Positions 18,627-28,143 of a DNA stretch of 64,000 nucleotides are shown piece by piece. Source of the stretch: a virus. Its lineage: Duplodnaviria; Caudoviricetes. How positions within the stretch are numbered: the first letter of the stretch is position 1; each line of letters begins with the position of its first letter. The notes beneath the pieces were generated by a model. It was given only the letters and a program-made list of their open reading frames with translations. It was not told where the DNA came from and did no database searches. The position numbers were made by a program, and so were the translations under genes. The DNA lies in IMG/VR virus record IMGVR_UViG_3300050514_000135, positions 33,102 through 97,101 of that record, one strand, 5' to 3'.

Positions 18627-19601
18627 ATGCCGCAGTTACGAGCACTCATCACGGGCGTCACCGGCCAGGACGGCTCGTACCTTTCCGAGCTACTACTCGA
18701 AAAGGGCTACGAAGTCCACGGCTTCGCTCGCCGCGGCTCGCGGGCCCCGGATCCCCGCGTGGCGATGCACTACGGGGACTTGTGCGACTCCGCGGCGCTC
18801 CGGGCGGCCCTGTCCGAGGTCGAGCCGAGCGAGGTGTACAACCTCGGAGCCCAGAGCCACGTCGCCGTGAGCTTCGACGAGCCCGCCTACACCTTCGCCG
18901 TCACGGCCACGCCCGTCTTCACGATGCTGGAGCACATTCGGGCGCGTGCCCCGCACACTCGACTGTACCAGGCGTCGTCTAGCGAGATGTTCGGCACCGA
19001 GCTCCCGCCACAGAGCGAGCACACGCCGTTCGCCCCGCAGTCGCCGTACGCCATCGCGAAGGTCGCCGCGCACCACGCGATCCAGCTCTACCGCAAGTAC
19101 GGGCTCTACGTCGTCAGCGGCATCCTGTTCAACCACGAATCACCGCGTCGCCCGGCGAACTTCGTCACTCGCAAGATCAGTCGATCGGTCGCGCGCATCG
19201 CGCTCGGCCTGCAGGACGAACTCGTGCTCGGCAACCTCGACGCCAGCCGTGACTGGGGCTTCGCCGGCGATTACGTAGAAGCCATGTGGCGCATGCTGCA
19301 GCAGAACGTGCCCAAGGACTACGTGATCGCGACAGGTGAGACGTTCACGGTGCGCGACTTCGTGATCCTCGCGTTCCGTTGCGCGGAGGACGTCACCGGC
19401 AAGCGCATGGACTGGGACAAGTACGTGCGCATCGACCAGAAGTTCAAGCGGCCGGCGGAGGTGCCGTACCTGTGCGGGGACGCTACGCGCGCGTTGGCTG
19501 AGCTCGGCTGGCAGCCTACCGTCCGCTTCCACGAGCTCGTGCGCCGGATGGTCGTGCACGACCTAGGCGAATGCGCGGTCCAAACAGCGCCGCGCGAATA
19601 G
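18627..19601 (+). CDS. gmd: GDP-mannose 4,6-dehydratase
   Basis: ALITGVTGQDGSYL, YNLGAQSHV, YQASSSEMFG, SPYAIAK, GILFNHESPRR, RDWGFAGDYV. Confidence 0.95.
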   Translation: MPQLRALITGVTGQDGSYLSELLLEKGYEVHGFARRGSRAPDPRVAMHYGDLCDSAALRAALSEVEPSEVYNLGAQSHVAVSFDEPAYTFAVTATPVFTMLEHIRARAPHTRLYQASSSEMFGTELPPQSEHTPFAPQSPYAIAKVAAHHAIQLYRKYGLYVVSGILFNHESPRRPANFVTRKISRSVARIALGLQDELVLGNLDASRDWGFAGDYVEAMWRMLQQNVPKDYVIATGETFTVRDFVILAFRCAEDVTGKRMDWDKYVRIDQKFKRPAEVPYLCGDATRALAELGWQPTVRFHELVRRMVVHDLGECAVQTAPRE

Positions 19602-19706
19602 CGCGCTCGTGCTGGGTGCAGTAGCAGTACTGGAGGCCGACGCATTGCCGCCCCACGCGCCGGCAGCGCTTGCCCGCGGTGAGCGCGTTCCACGCGCAGC
19701 GCTCGG

Positions 19707-20225
19707 TCACAGCGTCCTCATGACTTCCTCGAGCGTCGGCGCGTCGCGGTCGAGCGTCGAGAGGATCGGGTCCTTGACTAACTTGCCCCAGCCGATGCCG
19801 GCCGAGTCCCACTTGACGCGCCACTCGTGCGCGGGCAGGCGGGGGCCGTCGAAGCCATAGTGCACGGTCGCGAAGTCGTCCGAGAGAACGTAGTAGCCGT
19901 GCGCGCACCAGGGCGGGATGACCAGCGCGCACCCCTCCTCGGCCTCGAGCACGGTCAAGAAGTCCGCCTCGCCGGTCCGCATGTCGACGACTGCTTCCAG
20001 GATGCGCCCGCGCACGCAGCGCACGACCTTCGTGAGCGGCGCCTCGAAGGGGTCCTGGAAGTGAAGGCCGCGGAGGACGTTCGCGTACGACCTCACGCTG
20101 AGCTCGCGGACGATCGGCAAACAACCGGCGTGATCGAGCGCGTACTCCGCGCAGTAGCCACGTTCGTCGTGTGCCCAGTGCGGGCGCAGGAGCTTGGCGC
20201 CGCACTTCATCTCGCGGACGATCAC
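19707..20225 (-). CDS. rmlC: dTDP-4-dehydrorhamnose 3,5-epimerase-like cupin
   Basis: DERG, NVLRGLHFQ, KVVRCVRG..VDMR, IPPWCAHGY, WD..GI.W, ILS..D. Confidence 0.88.
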   Translation of the reverse strand: MIVREMKCGAKLLRPHWAHDERGYCAEYALDHAGCLPIVRELSVRSYANVLRGLHFQDPFEAPLTKVVRCVRGRILEAVVDMRTGEADFLTVLEAEEGCALVIPPWCAHGYYVLSDDFATVHYGFDGPRLPAHEWRVKWDSAGIGWGKLVKDPILSTLDRDAPTLEEVMRTL

Positions 20226-20401
20226 TCTCCACCGTCCCGGTTGTTCCACGTCGGGAGCCCGGCGTCGTTGCACGGGTTCACGGCGCCACCGCACCAGAAC
20301 CCGCTCTCGCACTCGATCACTCGATCACACGTGAGCCAGGCTCCGACCATGGCGCCAATGACGAACATTCCCACGCCGAAGAAGAACCCCTCGCCGTTCA
20401 T
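20222..20401 (-). CDS. Small TM protein
   Basis: ATGA-coupled; FFFGVGMFVIGAMVGAWL helix. Confidence 0.45.
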   Translation of the reverse strand: MNGEGFFFGVGMFVIGAMVGAWLTCDRVIECESGFWCGGAVNPCNDAGLPTWNNRDGGE

Positions 20402-21405
20402 CCCTCCAACCACTCCGGGTTGTCGAGGAACCATCGGACGGTGCGCTCGACGCCCTGCTCGAAGGTGTACGGCATGTCGAAGCCGGCGGCCTTGAGCTTC
20501 GCCCCGCTCATGGCGTAGCGGAAGTCGTAGCCGGGGCGCTCCTTAGCGAACGAGACGAGCTCGTAGCTCAGCGGCCTGCCCACGATGTCGGCGACGCGCT
20601 GGCAGAGCTCGAGGTTCGTGACCTCGCGCTCGCCCACGATGTTCCACTTGTCGAAGCGCGGATGCTCGCTGCGGTGCTCGAGTATCCAGCGCAGCGCGTG
20701 CGCGATGTTCGCGGCGTAGGTGTAGAAGCGGCTCGAGGGCTTCGTGCCGGTGTCGTCGGCGTGGATGGTCACGAGCTCGCCGCGCAGCACCTTGCGGATG
20801 GTCATCGGCAGGAACTTCTCCGGGTGCTGGCGCTCGGCGATCACGTTCATGACGTGGACAGCGCTCGAGTGCAGGCCGTAGGTGTTCGAGTACGCGCAGG
20901 CGAGCTCCTCGCCGGCGGCCTTCGACGCGCTGTAGGGGTTCGTCGAGCGGTAGCGGTCGAACTCGGTGAAGAGTTCGCCGGCATTGGCCGGGCCGAAGAC
21001 CTCATCCGTCGAGAAGTAGAGGAAGTACGGGGAGGGGATGCGATGCACCGCTTGCGTGCGCCACCACTCGAGCAGGTGCGCGGTCCCGATCACGTTGTCG
21101 TGGATAAACATCAGGGGCTCGGTGATGCTCCGGGTCACGTGCGTGCTGGCGGCGAGGTGGAGGACGGCGTCCACGTGGCCCAGTTGCCGGTCGACCGTAG
21201 CGTTGATCGGCGCGCGCAGGTCGTGCCACACGAACGTGACGCGCTTGCCGCACTCGGGCCAGCACTCGAGGTGCCGCAGGCGGTGGAGCGTGCTCGTCGC
21301 GTCGATGCGGTCGAGTCCGACCAGATCCCAGTCCGTGCGCCCGAGCAGGTGCTCGGCCACGTGGTGCCCGATGAAGCCGCAGAGGCCGGTGATCAGCACG
21401 CGCAT
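20398..21405 (-). CDS. rmlB: dTDP-glucose 4,6-dehydratase
   Basis: VLITGLCGFIG, HLAASTHV, STDEVFG, YSASK, QHPEKFLP, RPGYDFRYA. Confidence 0.9.
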   Translation of the reverse strand: MRVLITGLCGFIGHHVAEHLLGRTDWDLVGLDRIDATSTLHRLRHLECWPECGKRVTFVWHDLRAPINATVDRQLGHVDAVLHLAASTHVTRSITEPLMFIHDNVIGTAHLLEWWRTQAVHRIPSPYFLYFSTDEVFGPANAGELFTEFDRYRSTNPYSASKAAGEELACAYSNTYGLHSSAVHVMNVIAERQHPEKFLPMTIRKVLRGELVTIHADDTGTKPSSRFYTYAANIAHALRWILEHRSEHPRFDKWNIVGEREVTNLELCQRVADIVGRPLSYELVSFAKERPGYDFRYAMSGAKLKAAGFDMPYTFEQGVERTVRWFLDNPEWLEG

Positions 21406-22640
21406 CAGCCTATCACCCTCGGTCTCGGCAGCGGGACGATCCACTTACCGCCCTGCTCCGTGAACCACTGCTCGCGCTCCATGATCTCGTCCGCGTAGTT
21501 CCAGGCCGTGATGAGGCAGTAGTCGGGCGGCGAGTCGTGCATCCACCCTTCCGATACGATCCAGACGCCCGTGCCGGGCAGGAACTTGCCGATCTTCAGC
21601 GGCGCCCGGTCGTAGCAGCGCCGCACACTCACGCGCCGGGCCTCGAGCACGACCGCGTTCATGAGCGTGGTGCTCTTGGCCGTCGCGCCGTAGAGGTCCA
21701 CGGTCTTGCCCTGCTCCGCGAGCTCGGTGAGCATGCTCGCGAGGCCGTGGATGGTCTCCCACGCCTGCTTCACGAACTTCGCCTCGAGCCCCTGGAACAA
21801 GTCGATGCGCTCGCCGGACACGCACCGGTACACGTCGTCGTCGTCGTAGACCGCGGAGTCGAGGCACGCGACGAGCATGAGCGACCCGCCGTGGATCTCC
21901 GCGTAGTCGACATCGATCAAACGCATGCCGTGGCGCTTCAGGAACTTCCGCACCGGGTCGATGCTGAGGTAGCTCACGTGCTCGTGGTAGATCTGGTCGA
22001 ACTGGCCGCCGACCATCGTGTCCACGACGTAGGCGTTCTCGATGTAGAAGACGCCCGTGTCCGGGTCGAGCAGCGTCTTGACGCCCTCCAGGACTGCGTC
22101 CAGGTCGTCGATGTGCGCGAAGCAGTGCCGGGCGATGACCTGATCGAACTTCCCGAAGTCTTCGACCAGCTTCCGCGCGATGGCGGCGTCGAAGAACGCC
22201 GGGATGCTCAGGCCGATGTCGCAGTCCCCCACGTCGCTGTGGATGTTCTGGGCGGGATCGACGTTCACCTTCACGTGGTGCAGCCCCCTGAAGGTCCGCA
22301 GGAACGCGCCGTTGTTCCCGCCGATCTCGAGGATCTTCGCGTACGGGTATTCGCTGAGGAACCGGTGCACGCGTTCGTAGTGCTGACTCAGCGACGGCAT
22401 GTCCGGCGTCGCGTAAGCGTACTCGCTGAAGAGCTTCGCCCCGTCGACCGCGATCGTGAGCTGGTGCAGGCCGCACGCCCCGCACTTGACCATGCACAGT
22501 GGGTAGCGCTCAGCGTGCACGGCGGAGGAGTGGTCGGCGTGGAGGTCGTTCGCGAGCGGGATCGCGCCGAGGTCGAGGACCACGTCCGCGCCCTGCTCGG
22601 CGGCGAGCTCGACCTTGCAGAAACGGCAGCGTCTTGTCAT
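21405..22640 (-). CDS. NDP-hexose C-methyltransferase (C3'-type, Zn-binding N-terminus)
   Basis: CRFC...LDLGAIPLAN...CGACGLHQL, LEIGGNNG, HCFAHIDD, FDQIYHEH, IHGGS, YGATAKS, KIGKFLPG, AWNY. Confidence 0.9.
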   Translation of the reverse strand: MTRRCRFCKVELAAEQGADVVLDLGAIPLANDLHADHSSAVHAERYPLCMVKCGACGLHQLTIAVDGAKLFSEYAYATPDMPSLSQHYERVHRFLSEYPYAKILEIGGNNGAFLRTFRGLHHVKVNVDPAQNIHSDVGDCDIGLSIPAFFDAAIARKLVEDFGKFDQVIARHCFAHIDDLDAVLEGVKTLLDPDTGVFYIENAYVVDTMVGGQFDQIYHEHVSYLSIDPVRKFLKRHGMRLIDVDYAEIHGGSLMLVACLDSAVYDDDDVYRCVSGERIDLFQGLEAKFVKQAWETIHGLASMLTELAEQGKTVDLYGATAKSTTLMNAVVLEARRVSVRRCYDRAPLKIGKFLPGTGVWIVSEGWMHDSPPDYCLITAWNYADEIMEREQWFTEQGGKWIVPLPRPRVIG

Positions 22641-23470
22641 GGCAGCCTCAGTGGGAGCACGTCCCGGAAGTTGTCGTACACGAAGCGGTGGGCTCGGGCG
22701 AAGACCTCGTTGTCGCCGCCGAACGAGTTCGCGAGTTGGGCGTAGATCTCCGAGTCGCGCGTGACGGCGCCGATGCCGCCGTTCGCGTTGGTCTTGTGCT
22801 CGCACGCGATCGGGATGAGGAGGCCGTTCCAGCCGTGCCGACGCGCCATGCACGCGAGACCGTAGTCGTAGCCGTGGTGCACGATCGTGAACGGCCACCA
22901 GCTCCAGCCGTTGACCTGGTCGAGCAGGGCGCGTCGCACGAGCATTGACTGCCCGTCCGTGTACACGATCGGGCGCTCCGTCGTCGTGCGCTGGCCGTGC
23001 GTCTCGGCGTCCCGCATGTTCGACCAGAAGTCGGTGCGGCAGACCTGCTGCCAGGCGTACGGCGCCTTGTAGAGCCCCGGTCGGCCGAGCCCGGTCGAGC
23101 CGCCGAACCCTGCTAAGCCGAGCCGCTCGTCGTGCTGGAACGCGGCTAGCACGCGCGTGTCCCACCCCTTCTCCTGGATGAGGAAGTCGTCGTGGATGTA
23201 GACCAGGACGTCGCTGTCGCTCGCGTCGGGTCGAGCGCAAGCGGCCTCGTAGAGCTCGTGCAGCGCCCACGGGATGCCGCGGTTGTTCTGCTCGCCGGTG
23301 ACGATCGAGCGGTCGGCGAGCTTCTCCTTGGGCAGCCCGTGCGTGCTCGCGAAGCAACCGTTGCCGACGCCGATGAGCTGGACCGGGTTGTCGGCGTTCT
23401 CGAGCGCGAGGCCGACTGACTCCCGGAACAGGTCGGGCATGCACGTGACGACGCAGAGGCGGAGTCTCAC
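22637..23470 (-). CDS. GT-A fold glycosyltransferase
   Basis: DVLVYIHDD (DxD-like), GLAGFGG, YTDG, HHGYD; GTG at 23470. Confidence 0.75.
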   Translation of the reverse strand: MRLRLCVVTCMPDLFRESVGLALENADNPVQLIGVGNGCFASTHGLPKEKLADRSIVTGEQNNRGIPWALHELYEAACARPDASDSDVLVYIHDDFLIQEKGWDTRVLAAFQHDERLGLAGFGGSTGLGRPGLYKAPYAWQQVCRTDFWSNMRDAETHGQRTTTERPIVYTDGQSMLVRRALLDQVNGWSWWPFTIVHHGYDYGLACMARRHGWNGLLIPIACEHKTNANGGIGAVTRDSEIYAQLANSFGGDNEVFARAHRFVYDNFRDVLPLRLP

Positions 23471-24108
23471 AGCACGAGCCCCACGCCGATGCCGAGAGGC
23501 TTCTCGACGCCGATGTAGTCGGCGATCGGTATCCAGAGACCCTCGTCGCGTCCCCTCCGCCAGGCTTTCGCGACTCCAGGACAAGCGAGCGTGTCGTGCA
23601 GGATCACGAGCGAGCCGGGCCGCCAGTGCTCGCGCACGAGCTCGATGTCCTGCCACACGCCGACCTCGCTGTGGTCGCCGTCGATGAACGCCACGTCCAC
23701 CTCGAGCCCGTCCAGGAACTCGCGCGCCTCGGGGCCGTGGCTGTCGCAGCGCAGGTGCTCGATCAGGATGTCATCGAAGTTAGCGACGAGCTCGGGGTAG
23801 CGGGGGTGCTGGCCGTCGTCGATCGAGTGCATCTCCCAGTATCCGCACCAGCGGGAGATCATCACCGCGGCGCCGCCACTCGCCGACCCGATCTCGAGGT
23901 AGGTCTCGTCGCCGTGCGAGAGCCGGTTCAGGAGCACGAGCAGCGCGCCGAACTCGTCCGGGTTCTGCTGCAGCGACAGGCCGCCCTCTTTCGCGTACCC
24001 GTTGCCGAAGTGCGCGAGGCTGTCCGTGCCCGCGTCCCGGATCTCCTGCACCGCGACCGAGAACTGCTCGGGCGCCCTAGCTCGCAACTTGTCGATCGTA
24101 TCCATCAC
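23467..24108 (-). CDS. Class I SAM-dependent methyltransferase (Methyltransf_24-like)
   Basis: YLEIGSASGG, DVAFIDGDHS, GSLVILHD. Confidence 0.85.
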   Translation of the reverse strand: MMDTIDKLRARAPEQFSVAVQEIRDAGTDSLAHFGNGYAKEGGLSLQQNPDEFGALLVLLNRLSHGDETYLEIGSASGGAAVMISRWCGYWEMHSIDDGQHPRYPELVANFDDILIEHLRCDSHGPEAREFLDGLEVDVAFIDGDHSEVGVWQDIELVREHWRPGSLVILHDTLACPGVAKAWRRGRDEGLWIPIADYIGVEKPLGIGVGLVL

Positions 24109-24785
24109 GGCAGCTCCAGCGGGGTTTTTCTAGTCTCGCTCCCCGGCGCGCCGCCCCACTTGCGGACGTACCGGCGGTAGTTCGCCTGCATGTACCCGTG
24201 GAAGATCTTGTTCTCCTCGGGCGTCATCGCCTTCAGGTAACCGTTCAAGACGTGGTCGTAGCACGTCGTGTCGATCTCGCGCATCTTCACGCCCGCGTGG
24301 CGCATGCGGTGCCAGTAGTCGACGTCCTCGTAGTACGCCGGCCAGAACCCCTCGTCGAACGGCCCGACCCTCCTCCACGCCGCGTGCTTCAGGAGGAACA
24401 CGCAGAACGTCGTGTGCGTCACGGTCTTCGGGAAGATGAACTCGGCGTCGGTGGTGACCGCCTCGTGCACCATCTCGGCGATCGTGTTCTCGTGCAGGCG
24501 CACGTCGTCGTTCGAGATGATGATCAGGGTGTCGCCGTCGTCGTAGAAGTTGAACAGCAGGTTCCACGACGCGCTGACGCCCAGGTTGGTCCGCTTCTCG
24601 TAGTTGAACACGCTGAAAGGGATCGAGGCGTGCGCCTCCACGTTGAACACCTTCCGGACGTCAGCCCCGTTGTCCACGATCGTAAACAAGTCCGGCGGGC
24701 GCGAGCCGAGCGCGGCGGAGCGGTAGAGCTCCTGCAGGAGGTCGAGCCGCCGCACGCACGGCACGCCGAGGACGACGCGCGTCAC
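24105..24785 (-). CDS. Glycosyltransferase family 2
   Basis: IVDNG, NLGVSASWN, ISNDD, VGPFDEGFWPAYYEDVDY. Confidence 0.85.
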   Translation of the reverse strand: MTRVVLGVPCVRRLDLLQELYRSAALGSRPPDLFTIVDNGADVRKVFNVEAHASIPFSVFNYEKRTNLGVSASWNLLFNFYDDGDTLIIISNDDVRLHENTIAEMVHEAVTTDAEFIFPKTVTHTTFCVFLLKHAAWRRVGPFDEGFWPAYYEDVDYWHRMRHAGVKMREIDTTCYDHVLNGYLKAMTPEENKIFHGYMQANYRRYVRKWGGAPGSETRKTPLELP

Positions 24786-25000
24786 TTCTTCGCCGCCTCT
24801 CGGGCTCGTTCGACGAGCGCGCGCAGTGCGAGCAGCTCGCGCATCGCGTCCAGCACGACGACGTAGTGGATCGTGAGCGGCTGCCCCGACCGAGACATTC
24901 CCATCGGGTTGTAGATGACCTCCGACTTCAGGCACTCGATCGCCGCGCGGATGTCTTCCTCCGGTCTTGGCTGGCCGGTGACGTCTTCGAACTCAACCAC
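24782..25000 (-). CDS. Hypothetical protein
   Basis: Overlap-coupled small ORF. Confidence 0.45.
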   Translation of the reverse strand: MVEFEDVTGQPRPEEDIRAAIECLKSEVIYNPMGMSRSGQPLTIHYVVVLDAMRELLALRALVERAREAAKK

Positions 25001-26225
25001 GCGCCCTCATCTCCGCGAACCAGTCACGCAGCAACCTGCCCACGTTGCTCGAGTGGAACGTCTCGCGCGGCCAGTCGACTCGGGACTTGACCGGCTCGCG
25101 GTGCACGCGCTGCATGGCCTCGACGAGCGCGTCGAGCGAGTAGTCGGCCTGCGTCGCAGTCGGCTCCCAGTGGTAGGTCGGCGGCACCGCCTGCTCTCCC
25201 ATGCGCGGGATCAGGATGTCGTCCTCGCCGAGGAAGTCGCGGGGCCCGCCCGAGTCGGTCGTGATCACGCGGCGTCGCGCGAGCTTCGCTTCCAGGAGCG
25301 GCATGTCGACGCCCTCGCCGCGACTCGCCGACACGTACACGTCGCCGTTGCCGTGGATGTCCTCGATCATCTGCTTCCGCGTGAGGACGCGCCGGTCGAC
25401 GACGATCGCGGAGTTTCGGGACGTCCAGCCGTTGCTCGCCGCCTCGTGACTGAACGTCGCCTCGTGGATGAAGTACTCCGGTGCGGGGTAGCCGACCTGC
25501 GCCGTCGCGGTCTTCAGCCACAGCCGCGCCTGGCCCGGCTTGAAGGCGCGCATGAACGCGCGGATGAGGTTCTCGGGAGCCTTCCGCTGCTCCCACGCGC
25601 CGATCCAGTAGAAGGTCCGGACGCTCCTCGGCGGGGGCAGCTGCAGGAGCGCGTCGTCGTCGAAGAACGGGACAGGCACCCACCGAACATTCGTCGAGCC
25701 GGCGTCGCGCAGCGCCCTCTCGTTCGCCGTGCACGGCACCCACACGCCCTCGAGCGTGTTGAGGTAGCGCGCGATGGCCGGCGTCGCGCGGAGCCGCTCG
25801 AACATCGTGTAGAACACGCGGGGCCGCGGCTTCCTGTCGAGCACCTGCCGGATGCACGGGATGAGCACGTCGGGGCGGTGGAAGCACGTCGACCAGACGT
25901 AGGCGTCGTGGGTGTCGGCGCTCCGCGACAAGCCGGCGGCCTCGGCAGCGACCTCCGGCAGCAGCCCGGCTTCGGGGACCACCGGGTAGAGCCGCGCGTC
26001 CACCCCCGCCTCGACCATCGCGCGGGCGTAGCGCCGAGCCAGGATGTCCCAGCCGACGTTCAGGCGGTTCCACGGGCAGTCGAGCACGACGAGCGGCCGG
26101 CCGTCTCGGGCGCGGTGCAGCGCGGCGGCCTGCGGCGCGACGGGCCTCTTCTTGGGCCGCGCCGTCTTCGGGCCGTGCTTGTATCTCAGCGCACGGGCGC
26201 GCCGCGTGATCTGCATCGCCATCAC
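24993..26225 (-). CDS. Glycosyltransferase family 4 (GT-B), basic N-terminal extension
   Basis: FYWIGAWEQRK, DVYVSASRGEGVDMPLLEA. Confidence 0.85.
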   Translation of the reverse strand: MMAMQITRRARALRYKHGPKTARPKKRPVAPQAAALHRARDGRPLVVLDCPWNRLNVGWDILARRYARAMVEAGVDARLYPVVPEAGLLPEVAAEAAGLSRSADTHDAYVWSTCFHRPDVLIPCIRQVLDRKPRPRVFYTMFERLRATPAIARYLNTLEGVWVPCTANERALRDAGSTNVRWVPVPFFDDDALLQLPPPRSVRTFYWIGAWEQRKAPENLIRAFMRAFKPGQARLWLKTATAQVGYPAPEYFIHEATFSHEAASNGWTSRNSAIVVDRRVLTRKQMIEDIHGNGDVYVSASRGEGVDMPLLEAKLARRRVITTDSGGPRDFLGEDDILIPRMGEQAVPPTYHWEPTATQADYSLDALVEAMQRVHREPVKSRVDWPRETFHSSNVGRLLRDWFAEMRARG

Positions 26226-27382
26226 GCGACCTCCGCGCGGGGCAGCTTTGAACGCACCCACCGCGCCACCTCGCGACCGACGGCCGGCGCGTGGTGGTTC
26301 TGCCACGGCCACTCCTTGCTGCCGAAAGTGCGCTGCGGCGGGCGCGGGTTCTTCGCCATGTGCTGCATCGCCGCGGAGAGGTCCTCCACGCGGTAGTCGA
26401 CGCACGTCGAGCCTCGCCCCCAGATCGCGTCGTAGTCGGGCAGGAGCACCGTGCCGTTGCCGACGATGAGCCGGTCGTCGTCGCCGAGGAAGTCGGTGGG
26501 CCCGCCGGACGGCGTCGTGATGACGCGGTTTCCGGAGAGCTTCGCCGCGAACGCCGGCATGTCGATGCCCTCGCCGCGCGACGCCGAGACGTAGACGTCG
26601 TGCGTGTGGTGCAGCACGACCATCTGGTGCTGGGAGAGCAGGTCGCGGATGACGCGGATGTCACGATCGGTCTCCGCGTACGTCCAGCCCCTGTTCTCGA
26701 CGCACTCGTGGGCGATGACCTCCTCCGCCAAAGCGTACGAGCTGTATCGCCACGGTGCCGGACCGATCTTGAGCGTGAGCGTCGCCTCGCCCGGCCTGAA
26801 CGCTCGCATGAACGCCTTGATCAAATTGTGCGGGGCCTTGCGCGGCTCCCAACGACCGATCCAGTAAAAGGCCGGCCGATCGTACTCGGCATCGTGGCAG
26901 CGCTCGGCCAGGTGCGGGTCGTGGTCGAAGAACGGGACGTGGACGAAGTGAGCGTTCTTCACGCCCGCGCGCTGCAGGGCGTGCAGGTTCGCCGAGCACG
27001 GGACGAGCACGCCGTCGAGCTGGTTCAGGAGCGGCACGAGCTCGGGCTGCACGTTCAGGCGCTCGAACATGGTGTAGAAGAGCGCCGGCTTCTTGTAGAG
27101 CTGGCGGTAGTTGATCACGCGCTGCAGGACCTTCACCTGCCCCGAGTCGGGCCCGCCGAACGCGCCGGACCAGAGGTAGGCGTCGGCGGGGCGCGGGCCG
27201 GGACCGATCATGTGCCCGACCTCGCGCTCAACGACCGGGTGGCGCTCCTCGAGCAGCGGCAGCCACGAGTGCAGGCGCACCTCGAGCCCGCCGAGCTCCA
27301 TCGCGCGGGCGTACGCGCGCGAGGCGATGCACCAGCCGTCGAAGAACCGGTCGAAGAGCGTTTCGAATAGGACGACGGTCAC
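26222..27382 (-). CDS. Glycosyltransferase family 4 (GT-B), tandem paralog
   Basis: FYWIGRWEPRK, DVYVSASRGEGIDMP. Confidence 0.85.
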   Translation of the reverse strand: MTVVLFETLFDRFFDGWCIASRAYARAMELGGLEVRLHSWLPLLEERHPVVEREVGHMIGPGPRPADAYLWSGAFGGPDSGQVKVLQRVINYRQLYKKPALFYTMFERLNVQPELVPLLNQLDGVLVPCSANLHALQRAGVKNAHFVHVPFFDHDPHLAERCHDAEYDRPAFYWIGRWEPRKAPHNLIKAFMRAFRPGEATLTLKIGPAPWRYSSYALAEEVIAHECVENRGWTYAETDRDIRVIRDLLSQHQMVVLHHTHDVYVSASRGEGIDMPAFAAKLSGNRVITTPSGGPTDFLGDDDRLIVGNGTVLLPDYDAIWGRGSTCVDYRVEDLSAAMQHMAKNPRPPQRTFGSKEWPWQNHHAPAVGREVARWVRSKLPRAEVA

Positions 27383-27383
27383 C

Positions 27384-27635
27384 CTAGTCCGCCTCGCTCC
27401 AGTCCTCGGCGAGTACGTCCGTCTGCGACGCGAGCCACGGGACGAACTCGTTCTGAGCAGTCTTCATAACGATGAACGGCGCCCTCGCGACATCGAAGTT
27501 CTCCGTCTCTTCGGAACTCCAGCCCGCTGTCACGTACATCAGCCACATACCCTTGCCGTTCCAACCGTTGCGCTCGACGCGCTTGCCCTCGCGCAATCGC
27601 TTGAGCGCCTCGCCGAAGTCAAATTCTTCTTTCAT
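27384..27635 (-). CDS. tad2: DUF2829 / Tad2-like anti-defence nucleotide sponge
   Basis: FGEAL..L..G..V.R.GWNGKGM ... MKTAQN..VPWLASQTDVLAEDW, the hallmark DUF2829 sequence. Confidence 0.85.
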   Translation of the reverse strand: MKEEFDFGEALKRLREGKRVERNGWNGKGMWLMYVTAGWSSEETENFDVARAPFIVMKTAQNEFVPWLASQTDVLAEDWSEAD

Positions 27636-27647
27636 CGTCTTCCTCCT

Positions 27648-27836
27648 TCAGAGTTGAACCGAGTCCTGCACGAACCTCTTTGCCACCCCGTACTTGCGAT
27701 TGCCCCGCGTCATGTTCTTAGCGCCGTACAGAGGTTCGAGCCGGAACACTTCGCGGATCAAGTCGATGAACCGGCGCGCGTCGCGGTGCTTCTCCCTGTC
27801 TGCCTTCTCCCACTTCCTGGCTCGCGGCTTCCCCAC
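27648..27836 (-). CDS. Small basic hypothetical protein
   Basis: Fills the gap between groES and tad2 on the same strand. Confidence 0.45.
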   Translation of the reverse strand: MGKPRARKWEKADREKHRDARRFIDLIREVFRLEPLYGAKNMTRGNRKYGVAKRFVQDSVQL

Positions 27837-27839
27837 GGC

Positions 27840-28130
27840 TCAGTCCTCGATCACCAGGAGCACGTCTTCCTCGAGCACTGCGAGCAGCTCGCGGCCGTCG
27901 AGCTTGAGCTCGTTGCCCGCCCACTTGCCGAACATGACGCGGTCGCCCGGCTTCACGCACGGCTCGCGGAGCTTCCCGTTGTCGAACGTCTTGCCGCGTC
28001 CGACGGCGACGACCACGCCCTCGATCGGCTTCTCCTTCGCTATGTCCGGGATGATGATCCCGCCAGAAGTCTTGTCCTCGTTCTTCACGCGCTCGATGAG
28101 CACGCGGTCGTGCAGTGGTCTCAGGTTCAT
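27840..28130 (-). CDS. groES: Co-chaperonin GroES
   Basis: MNLRPLHDRVL...KTSGGIIIPD.AKEKP..G.VVAVG.G...VKPGDRV.FGKWAG.E. Confidence 0.95.
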   Translation of the reverse strand: MNLRPLHDRVLIERVKNEDKTSGGIIIPDIAKEKPIEGVVVAVGRGKTFDNGKLREPCVKPGDRVMFGKWAGNELKLDGRELLAVLEEDVLLVIED

Positions 28131-28143
28131 GTCGCTCTTCCTT

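Noticed and set aside
19516-19710. Small Cys-rich minus-strand ORF after rmlC
   Set aside because: Overlaps the 3' end of gmd on the opposite strand; insufficient support
18627-27382. Host O-antigen/capsule locus interrupting the virus
   Set aside because: No wzx/wzy/ABC exporter; genes are overlap-coupled with small phage-type ORFs, tad2 and groES, with the same codon style
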